A stretch of 63,903 bases of DNA, counting the filler, from Folioceros fuciformis (Eukaryota), in NCBI GenBank assembly GCA_049999805.1. It is 10 parts of 10 records of this genome, joined end to end, with 100 filler letters (N's around TTAATTAATTAA, not from the genome) between each part and the next. Parts side by side here need not be neighbours in the genome. Positions count along the whole stretch, not along the records: positions 56,338 to 63,903 come from JBNGIO010003961.1; 9 more parts are not named here. One strand, written 5' to 3'. The notes beneath the pieces are model-generated. The model searched no databases, was not told the origin of the DNA, and saw nothing but the letters and a program-made list of their open reading frames with translations. Made by a program: the position numbers and the translations under genes. Shown here in pieces: positions 63,441 to 63,903 of the stretch. The stretch's first letter is position 1. The number at the start of each line of letters is the position of its first letter.

Positions 63441-63903
63441 TCAGATCTGAAAACGGTTGGAGTGTGGCTCCACTGTGCTGTCACCTTCTCGCGCAGGCAC
63501 AAGTGATTTAAGATACAAAGCAGCAAATGGTCGAGATGTAGAAATCGAGGTAGATGGTGGAGGAGACTTGCGCTGAGCAACTTGATTTGCCAACGAGGTA
63601 ACTTCAATTTGTAATATCTCAACAGCAGCGAAAATTTGGCCTAATCTTGCTTGAAACTATGAGAAGAGCTGAATCACCAGAGTCTCAAGGCTATTAAATC
63701 ATTGAGAAACGTTGGCAAAAGAGAAGCATCCAGATAAGTCGGAATTCTCAAATCTATCATTTTCTTCACGCTCATCTGCCCACTGATTTCGTATTCTCTT
63801 TGGTTGTAAAGAAAAACGAGTATTCCGATTGTTCAACTCCAGGTGTCGTGCTGCAACGCGACTGGAGAAGGAATGAGGCGAGGCTGCAGTCTTTCTCTTG
63901 CTT
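63441..63903 (-). pseudogene. Extra ORF upstream of gag in Copia D (runs off the window; two in-frame stops)
   Basis: Manual translation: SKRKTAASPHSF...WADEREENDRFE...VSQ*FNSLETLVIQLFS*FQARLGQIFAAVEILQIEVTSLANQVAQRK...FQI*. Confidence 0.55.

Overview
Land-plant nuclear DNA, almost entirely nested and decayed transposable elements. It is about ten scaffold pieces joined by artificial N-TTAATTAATTAA-N linkers, so adjacency across linkers is not biological. Contents: (i) at least six fragments of one Ty1/Copia lineage marked by a CNWCxxPGHWxRxCRKK knuckle and/or a W-x-R-[PL]-DI RT motif; (ii) three copies of a Tnt1/Tork-like Copia family and one other internally deleted Copia; (iii) Athila-like Ty3/Gypsy remnants, accessory ORFs and LTR fragments; (iv) a degenerate PIF/Harbinger transposase; (v) two non-autonomous MULEs in inverted orientation, each with its own 9-bp TSD, upstream of a frameshifted dirigent pseudogene (the only host gene recognised); (vi) a hairpin-rich MITE. 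The most unusual signal is the architecture of the CNWC Copia lineage: three copies carry a sense coiled-coil-like ORF upstream of gag, and two carry an antisense gene (one with a clear intron) between RNase H and the PPT. No intact gene was found, and many stops look like C-to-T deamination products. Lineage names come from motif recognition only; no searches were run.
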